DNA of 64,000 nt from an uncultured delta proteobacterium (GTDB lineage: Bacteria > Myxococcota > Myxococcia > SLRQ01): NCBI GenBank assembly GCA_963727485.1, contig CAVSGM010000003.1, forward strand, positions 288,001 to 352,000. The letters are read 5' to 3'. The first letter of the stretch is position 1; each line of letters begins with the position of its first letter. Positions 53,512 to 63,666 of the stretch are shown here, in pieces. Position numbers and translations under genes: made by a program. Below the pieces are notes generated by a model. The model saw nothing but the letters and a program-made list of their open reading frames with translations, did not search any database and was not told where the DNA came from.

Positions 53512-54111
53512 ATGGCCACCACCCTCACCCTGGCGAAGACCCGGACCGCTTCCCCCAGCCTGGCCGAGGTCCACGATCTCACCAGCTGGCGCGACGACCG
53601 CCACGACGTCCTGGTGTCCACCGCCCGCGAGCTGATGCTCGAGGGCAAGGAGCCCGACGCCCTGGTGGCCTGCTTCGACGCCCTCCGGGTCAAGGCCGAC
53701 AGCTACGAGGCCCTGGCCCTGGCCGGGACCCTCCTGGCCATCCTCGACGACCCCGAGGCCTCGGTGGTCTACACCCGGGAGGCCATCCGCCAGGCCCCGG
53801 GCCGCCCCGACGCCTACTACGACCTGGGCTCGACCCTCCTCGACCTCGGCCGGCCCGGCGAGGCCCTGGGGTGGCTGGAGACCGGCATCCGCCTCCTCGG
53901 CGACCGCACCGACGACCTCGTCGACTTCCTCTACAGCGCCCGGGTCGAGTGCCTCACCTTCCTCGGCCGCTACGCGGAGGCCGAGGCCGTCCTCGGCGAG
54001 GCGCGCGCGCGCACCGAGGACGTCATGGGGCTGCTCGACGCCGCCGACGAGGGCCTCCGGGTCCGGCGCCGGCGCCCGGCCCTGCGCCTGGTCCCGACCC
54101 CCGCCGGCTAG
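53512..54111 (+). CDS. TPR-containing protein
   Basis: AIRQAPGRPDAYYDLGSTLLDLGRPGEA, LGRYAEAEAVL; tail PALRLV. Confidence 0.75.
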   Translation: MATTLTLAKTRTASPSLAEVHDLTSWRDDRHDVLVSTARELMLEGKEPDALVACFDALRVKADSYEALALAGTLLAILDDPEASVVYTREAIRQAPGRPDAYYDLGSTLLDLGRPGEALGWLETGIRLLGDRTDDLVDFLYSARVECLTFLGRYAEAEAVLGEARARTEDVMGLLDAADEGLRVRRRRPALRLVPTPAG

Positions 54112-54173
54112 CCCTTCCCCGGGCGGACTCCGGGCTTGACCCCCGGACCCGACGGCATAGGCTGGCTCTTCGG

Positions 54174-54899
54174 ATGGATCCGGGGCTCAGAGGCCGCGTG
54201 GCCGTGGTCACCGGCGGCGGGCGCGGGATCGGGGCGGCCATCGCCCGGACCCTGGCCGCCGCCGGCGTGCGGGTCTGCGTCACCAGCCGCACCGCCGACG
54301 AGCTCGAGGCCGTCGCCGCCGCCATCCGCGACGACGGCGGCGAGGCGGTGGCGGTGGTCGCCGACGTCACCCGTGAGGCCGACGTCACCCGGCTCTTCGA
54401 CGCCGCCGAGCGCCGCCTGGGCCAGGCCACCCTCCTGGTGAACAACGCCGGCAACGCCCCGGTGGGCCCCACCGCCGACTTCCCCCTCGCCGAGTGGGAG
54501 CGCTGCCTCTCCGGCAACGTCACCAGCGCCTTCCTCTGCAGCCGGGAGGCCTTCCGCCGGATGCCGGCCCAGGGCGGGGGGCGGATCGTCAACGTCAGCT
54601 CCGGGGCGGGGAAGCACGGGAAGGCCGAGTGGGCCGCCTACTGCGCGGCCAAGAGCGGGCTCCAGGGGCTGGCCCGGGCGCTGGCCGAGGAGGGGGTCGC
54701 CCTGGGCATCCGGGTGAACACCGTCTGCCCCGGGGGGACCCGCACCGGGATGCGGCGGTCGATCTTCGGCGAGGAACCCGAGGGGTCGCTCCTCGATCCG
54801 GCGGAGGTGGCGGAGGTGGTACGCTTCCTGCTCTCCGACTCGGCGGCCGAGGTGCGCGCCGCCGAGCTCGACGTCCGCAAAGCCCAGCGCCCTCGTTAG
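54174..54899 (+). CDS. Short-chain dehydrogenase/reductase
   Basis: TGGGRGIG, LVNNAG, NVSS, YCAAK; upstream TTGACC-N16-TAGGCT. Confidence 0.93.
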   Translation: MDPGLRGRVAVVTGGGRGIGAAIARTLAAAGVRVCVTSRTADELEAVAAAIRDDGGEAVAVVADVTREADVTRLFDAAERRLGQATLLVNNAGNAPVGPTADFPLAEWERCLSGNVTSAFLCSREAFRRMPAQGGGRIVNVSSGAGKHGKAEWAAYCAAKSGLQGLARALAEEGVALGIRVNTVCPGGTRTGMRRSIFGEEPEGSLLDPAEVAEVVRFLLSDSAAEVRAAELDVRKAQRPR

Positions 54900-54909
54900 G
54901 GAACCGCCC

Positions 54910-57900
54910 GTGCCCCGCCTCCCACGTCGACTCCTGCCCGCGGCCCTCGCCGTCGCCGTCCTGCTGCCCGAGGCGGCCCAGGCCCAGATCTTCGTGTACC
55001 CGAGGCGGCCCAACAAGAGCCACGTCCGGTACTACGGCTTCGACTGGCAGCACATCGACATCCTGGTGGGGAAGGACGCGGACACCACCGGCGCCCAGAA
55101 GCTCAAGCGCCCCGGGCGCATGCCCCCGCCCCCGGGGACGCCCCAGCCGCCGGGCCAGAGCACCGCGCCGGCCCACGCGCGGGTGGGGATGGCCAAGTGG
55201 CAGGCGCCGCTGGTGCCGCCGTGGGGGCAGCCGGATCTGAGGGCGGACCAGGTGGCCGCCGGCGGTGACGCGAAGGCCGGGGACACGGAGAAGACCGGGG
55301 CGAAGAGCGACGCCAACGACGCCGGGACCACTGGGAAGACCGGGGCGCCGAGTGACACCGCGCCGGCTGCCGCCAAGCCCGCACCTCCCACCGTGACCCC
55401 GCCCCCGCCCCCGCCCACCGCCGACACCGGCGCCGCCAAGCCCGCTCCGCCCCCCGCCGTCACCCCGCCCAAGAAGCCTGGGACCCCGGCCACCGTCGAG
55501 CTCCCGGCCAAGCCGCCGGCCGCCGCCTCGCCCTGGCAGGGCAAGCTCGGCCCCAAGACCGGCGGGGTGCGCCTCTTCTTCTACAAGCGTGAGACCCGGA
55601 TCGCCGAGCGCGCCGCCGGCTTCATCACCCAGGCCTACCGCTACCTGGTCGGCAAGTTCCACTACGTCCCCACCAAGACCTTCCCCTACATCCTCTACAG
55701 CTCCTACACGGAGTTCCTGGAGACCAACCTCTTCCCGCTCCAGGAGGGGGTCCTCGGCGTCACCAGCCCCAAGACCCTGCAGCTCACGCTTCCCTACTTC
55801 GGCGACCACCGGATGTTCGAGCACGTGAGCACCCACGAGATGACCCACCAGTTCTTCATCCAGAAGATCCGGGACATCTCCAAGAAGGCCAAGCTCTGGG
55901 GCGACCCGATGCAGGCCATGCCCCTGTGGTTCACCGAGGGCATCGCCGAGTACTACAGCCAGCACGGGATCAACCCCGCCGCGGAGATGGAGGTCCGGGA
56001 CATCGTCGACAACCCGGACGTGCGCCACGGCTACGCCATGCTCGGCTTCTTCGACGACCGGCCGGGGAGCGTGCTCTGGACCTACCAGGTGGGCCAGGTG
56101 CGCTGCGCGTTTCTCGAGGACACCTACGGCAAGGGCACCCTCCAGAAGATCATCGACGACTCGCCCCTGCTCATCGGCAGCTACCAGAAGGGGAACAAGG
56201 TCGGCGGTTTCGCCGGGCTGCTCAAGCGGATCACCGGCGACGACAAGCGGGTCATCGCCGCCAAGTTCGACACCTGGATCAAGCACCGCAGCTACCGCAC
56301 CGCGCTGGCCTCCACCCAGGGCGCCGCCCAGCTCGAGCCCCTGAAGCACTGGGAGGGCCGGCTCACCGCGATGACCGCCTCCCCCGACGGCCACGTGATG
56401 CTCTACCGGACCTTCGACCTGACCACCGGCCAGAGCCGGCTGGTGCTCGTCGATCCCAGGGCCCCCAAGAGCACGGTGGGGGTGGTGGCCGACGGGATGC
56501 CCGGGACCGAGACCCTCCACCCGGTGGACGACCGGAACTTCGCCCTCTCCGATCACGCCCTGGTCTACGTCGCCCAGTCCCAGGGCGCCGACGTCCTCTT
56601 CTGGCAGACCTACAAGCACACCGCCAAGAAGCCCAAGCACCCCAAGCGTCGCCGGGACAGCCGCTTCGACTCCGACGAGGACGAGGGACCCCGCTGGGAC
56701 GTGAGCCTCTCGCTCGGCCATAGGAGCGCCTACCACCTCGCCGACAAGGGCATCATCGCCATCCAGTCGCCGTCGCTGTCGCCGGACGGCCGGCGGGTGG
56801 CCTTCGTGGGGCTCTCCCGGCAGGGGCAGAAGGACCTCTACCTGCTCCAGCCGCTGGGCGACGGGTACCGGCTCACCCGGCTCACCCACGACGCCTGGGG
56901 CGAGCGGGCCCTGTGGTGGGGACCGAACGGCATCGTCTTCACCTCCGACGCCACCCACAAGGAGCGCTACAACCTCTTCCGCCTCGACCCCGACCACCCG
57001 CAGGACGTCACCCGGGTGACCACCGAGGACCGCGACGAGCAGAGCCCGATGGTCACCCCCGACGGGCGGATCTTCTTCGTCGCCTACGACCACGCCCGGG
57101 CCGACGTCTACGAGGTCAAGGGCGACGAGATCGTCCGGCGCACCGACGTGGACACCGGCGTCTTCGACCTGGCTCCGGGCCCCGACGGGGGGCTGTGGTC
57201 CCTGTGGTACCACTCGGGCCAGCGCCGGCCGACCCTGGTCAAGGCCAAGGAGCTCCTCGCCCTCGACCAGGCGAAGATGGGCGAGCCGGGCACGCCCTTC
57301 AAGCTCCCGGACATCAAGCTCGGGGGGGCCACCGCCTACAACCCCCTGCGCCCCAAGAACTGGGATCTGGGCAACCTCTTCGGCTTCTTCGGCGCCGGCG
57401 CCGGCGGCATCTTCGGCCAGGTGGTGGCCAGCGCCGCCGACCAGATGCGCAACCAGGGGCTCATCCTCAACGTCTTCGTCTACGGCTCCCTGGATCTCAC
57501 CGACGGCTACCTCTTCTACATCAACCAGCAGCACCGCCTGACCTGGGGCGGCGGGCCCTTCCAGAGCCTCGACTTCCGGGTGGACCAGACCTTCCCCAAG
57601 CTCCCGGTGCTCTTCACCAGCGGCGAGCGCTTCTACGGCCTCCTGGGGAGCCTGCGCTACCCCTTCAACACCTTCGAGTACCTCCAGGGCGATCTCTCCC
57701 TCGGCGGGGTGAACTACTTCCTCAACCCCGACGCCCGGCTCTTCCTCGCCTCCGGGGTCCAGAACGGCACCGGCCGAAACCTCGTCACCGCCTGGGACCA
57801 GCTCAACGGCGGGGCGCGGTTCCAGGCCGAGGGCACCCTGCGCCTGGGCTACGACACCATCCGCTACAACCCCCGCACCGGGCCCATCGCCGGGAGCTCG

Positions 57901-58443
57901 GCGATGCTCGAGGTCACCGCCGACGCCCAGCCCTTCAACGGGCACCTCTTCGGCAACCTCCGCCTCGACGCCGAGCACTACCTCCCGCTCTTCGGCGAGA
58001 CCAACGTCTTCATCCGGGGCGGGGCGGGGACCGGCTTCGGCGGACGCCTGGCGCGGCAGTTCTACCTCTCGAGCTTCGACACCATCCGCGGGGTGCCCTT
58101 CGGGGACAGCCGGTGGCTCCTGGGGAAGAACTTCTTCTTCGCCACCGCCGAGCTCCAGATCCCCATGGACCAGATCATCCAGTTCATCCTCTTCAGCAAC
58201 ATCGAGGCGATCGTGGGGGTCGACTTCGGGGGGGTCAGCGACCAGCTCGACCAGCTGTGGAACAAGCGGGTCCTGGACTTCGTTCTCGGAGTGAACTTCG
58301 GCTTCGGGCCGCTGGTGTTCCGCCTCCACTTCGCCAAGCCCGTCGACACCGGGGCCAAACCGGTGGTCGCCGGCCAGTCCCTGGGGCTGCCCAACAACGG
58401 CAACTGGGTGACCAACTTCTCGCTGGGGTATCTCTACTACTGA
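54910..58443 (+). CDS. Omp85-like outer-membrane protein with N-terminal gluzincin-like domain and PD40/TolB propeller
   Basis: Signal peptide, HEMTH...PLWFTEGIAEY, SPDG repeats, C-terminal barrel with IRGVPFG (VRGF/Y-like lid motif), ATAELQIP, VFRLHFAKP, NFSLGYLYY. Confidence 0.82.
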   Translation: MPRLPRRLLPAALAVAVLLPEAAQAQIFVYPRRPNKSHVRYYGFDWQHIDILVGKDADTTGAQKLKRPGRMPPPPGTPQPPGQSTAPAHARVGMAKWQAPLVPPWGQPDLRADQVAAGGDAKAGDTEKTGAKSDANDAGTTGKTGAPSDTAPAAAKPAPPTVTPPPPPPTADTGAAKPAPPPAVTPPKKPGTPATVELPAKPPAAASPWQGKLGPKTGGVRLFFYKRETRIAERAAGFITQAYRYLVGKFHYVPTKTFPYILYSSYTEFLETNLFPLQEGVLGVTSPKTLQLTLPYFGDHRMFEHVSTHEMTHQFFIQKIRDISKKAKLWGDPMQAMPLWFTEGIAEYYSQHGINPAAEMEVRDIVDNPDVRHGYAMLGFFDDRPGSVLWTYQVGQVRCAFLEDTYGKGTLQKIIDDSPLLIGSYQKGNKVGGFAGLLKRITGDDKRVIAAKFDTWIKHRSYRTALASTQGAAQLEPLKHWEGRLTAMTASPDGHVMLYRTFDLTTGQSRLVLVDPRAPKSTVGVVADGMPGTETLHPVDDRNFALSDHALVYVAQSQGADVLFWQTYKHTAKKPKHPKRRRDSRFDSDEDEGPRWDVSLSLGHRSAYHLADKGIIAIQSPSLSPDGRRVAFVGLSRQGQKDLYLLQPLGDGYRLTRLTHDAWGERALWWGPNGIVFTSDATHKERYNLFRLDPDHPQDVTRVTTEDRDEQSPMVTPDGRIFFVAYDHARADVYEVKGDEIVRRTDVDTGVFDLAPGPDGGLWSLWYHSGQRRPTLVKAKELLALDQAKMGEPGTPFKLPDIKLGGATAYNPLRPKNWDLGNLFGFFGAGAGGIFGQVVASAADQMRNQGLILNVFVYGSLDLTDGYLFYINQQHRLTWGGGPFQSLDFRVDQTFPKLPVLFTSGERFYGLLGSLRYPFNTFEYLQGDLSLGGVNYFLNPDARLFLASGVQNGTGRNLVTAWDQLNGGARFQAEGTLRLGYDTIRYNPRTGPIAGSSAMLEVTADAQPFNGHLFGNLRLDAEHYLPLFGETNVFIRGGAGTGFGGRLARQFYLSSFDTIRGVPFGDSRWLLGKNFFFATAELQIPMDQIIQFILFSNIEAIVGVDFGGVSDQLDQLWNKRVLDFVLGVNFGFGPLVFRLHFAKPVDTGAKPVVAGQSLGLPNNGNWVTNFSLGYLYY

Positions 58444-59804
58444 TGGCGAAGTACGACGACGAGAAGGGCCCGAAGCACCAGAGCTCCGGGCGGGTCTCCC
58501 GGATGTTCAAGCTGGGCTCGCTGACCACCACCGTGGGGGCGTCCATGGTGGGCGACCGCCTCCTGGGCAAGGTCCTGCCCCAGGCGGGGCGCGAGGCGCG
58601 GACCCGCAAGGCCCTGGAGAAGAACGCCGCCCGGATCGTCAAGACCATGGGCGAGATGAAGGGCGCGGCGATGAAGCTGGGGCAGATGCTCTCCAGCGGC
58701 CCCATCGACGCCAGCCACATCCCCGACGAGGTCAAGGACGCCCTCGCGGTGCTCCAACGCGAGGCGCCGCCCATGCCCTGGGAGATGGTCGCCCGCCAGG
58801 TCGAGGACGCCTTCGACCAGCCGATCCACGAGGTCTTCAAGTACTTCGAGCCCGAGCCGCTCGCCGCGGCGAGCATCGGCCAGGTCCACAAGGCGGTGAC
58901 CTTCGACGACCAGGTCGTCGCCGTGAAGATCCAGTACCCCGGGGTCAACGCCACCCTCGACTCGGACCTGAAGAACCTGGGCACCCTGATGAACCTGGGC
59001 CGCGGGGTCGCCGACAAGCAGGTCCTCGACGACTACCTCGCCGAGATCCGCGACGCCATCCTCGCCGAGAGCGACTACGTCGCCGAGGCCGAGAACCTCG
59101 AGCGCTTCGGCCGGATCTTCGCGGCGCGCGACGACGTGGTCATCCCCCAGCCGGTGAACGCCCTCACCCGGCCCACGGTGCTCACCATGAGCTACATCGA
59201 GGGGGAGAAGCTCGACACCTGGCTCCTGGCCCAGCCCGAGGACGTGCGCTCGGAGCTCACCGTGCGCTTCGTCCGGCTCTTCGCCTGGATGTTCCACGAG
59301 CAGCAGCTGCTCCACGCCGACCCCCACCCGGGCAACTTCCTCATCGACGGTGAGGGCCGCTTCGTCCTCCTCGACTTCGGCTGCGTGCGCACCTTCTCCC
59401 CGGCGTTCACCGACGCCTTCCTGGAGATCCTGGTCGCCCTCTGGGAGGACCGCCCCGACCGGCTCCCGGCCCTCTTCGAGGACATGGGCTCCGGCGGTGG
59501 CAAGCCGGTGACCATCGACGCCGAGGTCCTCGAGGGGTGGCTGCGCCTGGTGCTGGCACCGTTCTTGGTCGACGGCGAGTTCGACTTCGGGACCTGGCAG
59601 CCCCAAGCCGAGATCCACCGGTACTTCCGCAGCCACCTCTCCCTGATGAAGCTCACCCCGCCGAAGGAGGCCCTGTTCTACTTCCGGGTCTGCGGCGGGG
59701 CCTGGGGGCTGCTCCAGCGGATGGGCGTGGTCTCCGACTTCCGGGCGTACGCCGAGGAGACGGCGTTGCGCCGGGGGATCCTCAAGGCCCGGGCCGCCGG
59801 CTGA
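58443..59804 (+). CDS. ABC1/AarF/UbiB family atypical kinase
   Basis: MKGAAMKLGQMLS, AAASIGQVHKA, VAVKIQYPG, HADPHPGNF, LLDFGC; TGATG coupling to the upstream gene. Confidence 0.93.
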   Translation: MAKYDDEKGPKHQSSGRVSRMFKLGSLTTTVGASMVGDRLLGKVLPQAGREARTRKALEKNAARIVKTMGEMKGAAMKLGQMLSSGPIDASHIPDEVKDALAVLQREAPPMPWEMVARQVEDAFDQPIHEVFKYFEPEPLAAASIGQVHKAVTFDDQVVAVKIQYPGVNATLDSDLKNLGTLMNLGRGVADKQVLDDYLAEIRDAILAESDYVAEAENLERFGRIFAARDDVVIPQPVNALTRPTVLTMSYIEGEKLDTWLLAQPEDVRSELTVRFVRLFAWMFHEQQLLHADPHPGNFLIDGEGRFVLLDFGCVRTFSPAFTDAFLEILVALWEDRPDRLPALFEDMGSGGGKPVTIDAEVLEGWLRLVLAPFLVDGEFDFGTWQPQAEIHRYFRSHLSLMKLTPPKEALFYFRVCGGAWGLLQRMGVVSDFRAYAEETALRRGILKARAAG

Positions 59805-59829
59805 TCGCCCGCCGCGGCGCCCGGCGCCT

Positions 59830-60834
59830 TCAGAACCTGAGCGCCAGCGAGAGGCCGTAGCGGCCCCCGGCCGGATCGATGGTGGGCATCACGAAGAAGC
59901 CCCCGGGGGGCGCCGGCCGCTCGCCGTTGGGGGCGAAGCGCCCGGCCCGGTGGTGCACCACCCATCGCCCCACGAAGAAGCCCATCGACGCACCCCAGAC
60001 GATGTCCGAGAGGAAGTGGTAGTCGTCGATGAGCAGGGTGGCGCAGAAGATCACCCCGAAGGTGTGGAGGGCGATGGCGAGCGCCGGGCTGTCGAAGTAG
60101 GTGGTGAGCGCCCCGATCATGGCGTAGAGCGAGGCCGCATGCCCCGACGGCGTCCCCGCGGGGAAGAGGCGCCAGCCCCAGGCCGGGCCCTTGATCAGGG
60201 CTCGGCCGTCGCCGTTCTCGGGCCCCTCCCGGCCGATGAGCAGCTTGGGGACCACCTGGTAGATCTCGGCGACCGAGAAGGCCTCCAGGGTCAGGGAGAA
60301 GGCCTCCATCAGCGGGGGCTTCCCCCCCAGCCAGCCGTCCAGGTACACCCCGGCCATGGCCGCGTAGATCGTGGTCCAGATCAGGGCGTCCCCGAGGGGC
60401 GTCCACACCAGGCGCCGGCCCTGCATCACCCGGTTCACCGCGTCCTGGAGCGCCACGTCCGGCGGCCCCGGCGGGAGCATCAGCAGGCCGGTCACCGAGG
60501 CGAAGGCCGCGAAGGTCCCCACGTCGGTCCCGTCCCACTCGGGGATGTCCGCGGGGATCTCGTAGAGGTCGTGGAGGAAGCGGACCAGGACGTTGGCCCG
60601 GGGCCAGCGGTAGGCCGCGTCGGGATCCACCGGCAGGCCAGCGCCGGCCCCCGGCAGCCAGTGGGGCCGCGCGGCCTTCGCTGGGACCGGCGCGAACGGC
60701 GACGTCGGGGGCGTGAGCCGCAGGTCGACGCCGCCCGACCGGGCTCCGTTCGCCGTCTCCGACGCCGCCGCCTCCGAGGGCCTGATGACGCTTAGAGGCA
60801 GGAAAATCAAGGGTAGGAGGACCCTCCAGGGCAT
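59830..60834 (-). CDS. PAP2 family phosphatase-like membrane protein
   Basis: KLLIGREGP (KxxxxxRP variant), PSGHA, HFLSDIVWGA. Confidence 0.8.
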   Translation of the reverse strand: MPWRVLLPLIFLPLSVIRPSEAAASETANGARSGGVDLRLTPPTSPFAPVPAKAARPHWLPGAGAGLPVDPDAAYRWPRANVLVRFLHDLYEIPADIPEWDGTDVGTFAAFASVTGLLMLPPGPPDVALQDAVNRVMQGRRLVWTPLGDALIWTTIYAAMAGVYLDGWLGGKPPLMEAFSLTLEAFSVAEIYQVVPKLLIGREGPENGDGRALIKGPAWGWRLFPAGTPSGHAASLYAMIGALTTYFDSPALAIALHTFGVIFCATLLIDDYHFLSDIVWGASMGFFVGRWVVHHRAGRFAPNGERPAPPGGFFVMPTIDPAGGRYGLSLALRF

Positions 60835-60879
60835 TTCCCCTCCAGCATAAGCACCGTCGTCGCGTGTTACAGTGGCAAC

Positions 60880-61710
60880 GTGACGTACACCATGTGGTCC
60901 CTCATCGCCGGCGCGGCAGTCCTCCTCGGGACGGCTGCCTGCGCCACCCCCAGCAAGGTCTTCCTCACCCCCCCGCTGGTGGCCTGCGACACCGCGGCCC
61001 CCGGCGCCGACCAGCCCTCGGTCCGGGTGGTGAGCTACAACATCCGCTCCGGTCTCTCCTCGTCGATCAACGACATCGGCGACGTGCTCCAGTCCCTCGA
61101 CGCCGACGTGGTCGCCCTCCAGGAGGTCGACGTCGGGGTCAAGCGAAGTGGCCGGGTCAACCAGGCCAAGGCCCTCGCCGACCGCCTGGGCTACGAGTAC
61201 GTGTTCGCGGCGACCATCAAGCGCGGCGGCGGCGACTACGGCATCGCGCTGCTCTCGCGTCTGCCGTTCGCCCGGGTCGACCGCATCGACCTGAAGGCCG
61301 GCGGCGCCTTCGAGCCGAGGGTGGCCATCGACGCCGACCTCTGCGTCGACGGCAAGCGCCTCCGGGTCATCGCCACCCACGCCGACGTCTTCCCCTGGTC
61401 GGCCACCGCCAACGCCCGGGCCCTGGCCCGGCACATCGGCGCCACCCGGGGCAAGTGGGTCCTGGTCGCCGGCGACTTCAACGCCACCCCCGCCGCCGAC
61501 GCCCCGCGCTCCATCGAGTCCCGGGGCCTCTTCGACCTGGTGGGCCGTCTCGCCGAGGGACCGACCTTCCTCGGCGGCGGCTCGCCCCGGCGCATCGACT
61601 ACATCTTCGTCGACCATGACCTCCTCGCCGGCGCCTCCGACGCCGGGCGCCTCGACGCCACCGGCATCAGCGACCACATCCCGGTCTTCGCAGATCTGAA
61701 GCTGCGCTGA
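60880..61710 (+). CDS. Endonuclease/exonuclease/phosphatase (EEP) family lipoprotein
   Basis: AAC lipobox, SYNI, ALQEVD, YGIALLSR, GDFN, IDYI, SDHIPV. Confidence 0.9.
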   Translation: MTYTMWSLIAGAAVLLGTAACATPSKVFLTPPLVACDTAAPGADQPSVRVVSYNIRSGLSSSINDIGDVLQSLDADVVALQEVDVGVKRSGRVNQAKALADRLGYEYVFAATIKRGGGDYGIALLSRLPFARVDRIDLKAGGAFEPRVAIDADLCVDGKRLRVIATHADVFPWSATANARALARHIGATRGKWVLVAGDFNATPAADAPRSIESRGLFDLVGRLAEGPTFLGGGSPRRIDYIFVDHDLLAGASDAGRLDATGISDHIPVFADLKLR

Positions 61711-61776
61711 CGCCCCGGCCCCGTCGCCTTGCCCCTGGGCCGCCGGTGTACACGCTGGCGGTGGGGGATCTGGGGC

Positions 61777-63666
61777 ATGCGACGGTGGCTCATCGCGGCG
61801 GTCGCCTTGGTGGCGCTGGTCCCGGCGACCGCCCGGGCCGGGGAGGACGGCTGGCGTGGCCTGGAGCTGCGACTGGTGCCGCCTCCGGGCCTCTCGCCGC
61901 TCGCCCGGTGCGCCGAGCTGGCGCCGGTCCTGGCCCGCCTCGACCATGGGCGCACCGACTGCGTGGAGTGGGGCCCCGAGCGCCGGGTGGACCTCACCGG
62001 GTCACGGCCCCTGCGCCTGACCGTGAGCGCCCCGTCCGCCGAGGACCTGGATCGCTCCCTGGTCGACACCGTCGACGGGCTCCTCGCCGGCCGCCTGGGG
62101 CTGACGGGCCCCGAGGCGCGTGACGCCGGCCGGGTCCTCTTCGCCGCCGGCCTCCCCGAGGACGGCCGCTTCGCCCTCGCCCCCACCGGTGCCTTCCGGG
62201 ACCGGCTCACCGGCCGGACCCTCCCCTTCGACGACGCCTTCGCCCTCTTCCGCCTGGGCGTCCCCGACGCCCCCTCCCCCGGCCGCGCCGCCGTGGAGCT
62301 GGTGGTGGGGCTCGGGGCGGGGACGGTCTGGTACTGGACCGCCACCAGCGTCAACGCCCCGGACTGGCAGTACACCAGCTTCGGCGACAGCCTCTACAAG
62401 AAGCTGGTGACCTTCGAGGCCTGGCGCTTCGACGACAACCCCGTCCACCTCAACAGCCCGGGCCACGCCCTCTCCGGCGCGGTCTACTACCTCCTGGGCC
62501 GGTCCAACGGCCTGGGCCCCGGGGTCTCCTTCGGCGCCGCCGCGCTGGAGTCGACGCTGTGGGAGCTGCTCACCGAGTACCGGGAGATCTTCGGGATCAA
62601 CGACGTGATCCTCGGCGCCTTCGGGGGCGTGGCCATCGGCGAGCCCATGTACCAGCTCGGGCGCTTCTTTTCCGGGGCCTCCGGCAGCGGCTGGTGGCAG
62701 GCCTTCGCCGACTTCTTCGGCTTCCCCGACGCCCTCCACCGCTGGGCCACCGGGGTCCCGGCGCTTCGCGATCCCCTCGAGGACCGCTTCGGCCTCCCCG
62801 GGAGCGTGCCCCACCGGATCGAGTTCGCCCTCGGGGGGCTGGCCACCGAGCGCACCGCCGCCGACCCCTGGCGCGGGGACCTGGAGGCACGCTTCGACGC
62901 CGAGCTCTTCCTCCTCCCCGAGCACCTGCGCCCGGTGAGCGTCTCCCGCCTGGTCCTCTCGCCGCCCCGGGTGGGCCTCGACGTCGACCTCGCCTACGGG
63001 CCCACCGGCGTTCTCGACGTCCGCTTCCGGGCCAACACCGTCCTCGCCGCCTGGCACGAGCAGGTGATCACCGACACCGCCCGGGGGCCGTCGGGCCACG
63101 CGCTGCTCCTGGGCCTCGCCAGCGACTTCCGCCACGAGGAGCACCCCGTGCCCGGGCTCACCGACTACATGGGCGTCGCCGGCCTCCTGGGCCCGGTGGT
63201 GGACCTCTTCGTGGTCGACGGACCCTGGAAGCTCCGGGTCCAGGCCGAGGTCTACCCGGACTTCGCCCTGGTTCGCGCCCTGGCGCTCCCGGACTACGCC
63301 GCCGCCCACGGCCTCGCCGGGGCCAAGAGCACCCTGCGCAACCAGGGCTACTACGATGCCCGGGGCGTCACCGCCTTCGGTCGCTTCACCCTCGACTACG
63401 GGCCGGTGGGCGTCGGCGCCGAGGTCACCGCCGATCGCTTCGACTCCATCGAGGGCCTCGACCGGTTCCAGGCGGCGGTCACCGACGACTTCCACCTGGT
63501 GGATACCCGGGTGGCCGCAAGGGTCTTCGGCCGCTACCGGGTCCCGAGGTCGTCGATGGTGCTCACCCTGCGCTACGAGGCCCACCACCGCACCGGCGCC
63601 ATCCGCGAGGTCCGGGCGGTGGACGACGAGCGCGCCCTCAGCTTCCTGATGGGTTGGAGCCTGTGA
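61777..63666 (+). CDS. DUF3943-like outer-membrane protein
   Basis: Signal peptide, WRFDDNP...N.PGH..SGAVYY..GRSNG...STLWE..EYRE...INDVI....GGVAIGE, beta-rich C-terminus. Confidence 0.75.
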   Translation: MRRWLIAAVALVALVPATARAGEDGWRGLELRLVPPPGLSPLARCAELAPVLARLDHGRTDCVEWGPERRVDLTGSRPLRLTVSAPSAEDLDRSLVDTVDGLLAGRLGLTGPEARDAGRVLFAAGLPEDGRFALAPTGAFRDRLTGRTLPFDDAFALFRLGVPDAPSPGRAAVELVVGLGAGTVWYWTATSVNAPDWQYTSFGDSLYKKLVTFEAWRFDDNPVHLNSPGHALSGAVYYLLGRSNGLGPGVSFGAAALESTLWELLTEYREIFGINDVILGAFGGVAIGEPMYQLGRFFSGASGSGWWQAFADFFGFPDALHRWATGVPALRDPLEDRFGLPGSVPHRIEFALGGLATERTAADPWRGDLEARFDAELFLLPEHLRPVSVSRLVLSPPRVGLDVDLAYGPTGVLDVRFRANTVLAAWHEQVITDTARGPSGHALLLGLASDFRHEEHPVPGLTDYMGVAGLLGPVVDLFVVDGPWKLRVQAEVYPDFALVRALALPDYAAAHGLAGAKSTLRNQGYYDARGVTAFGRFTLDYGPVGVGAEVTADRFDSIEGLDRFQAAVTDDFHLVDTRVAARVFGRYRVPRSSMVLTLRYEAHHRTGAIREVRAVDDERALSFLMGWSL

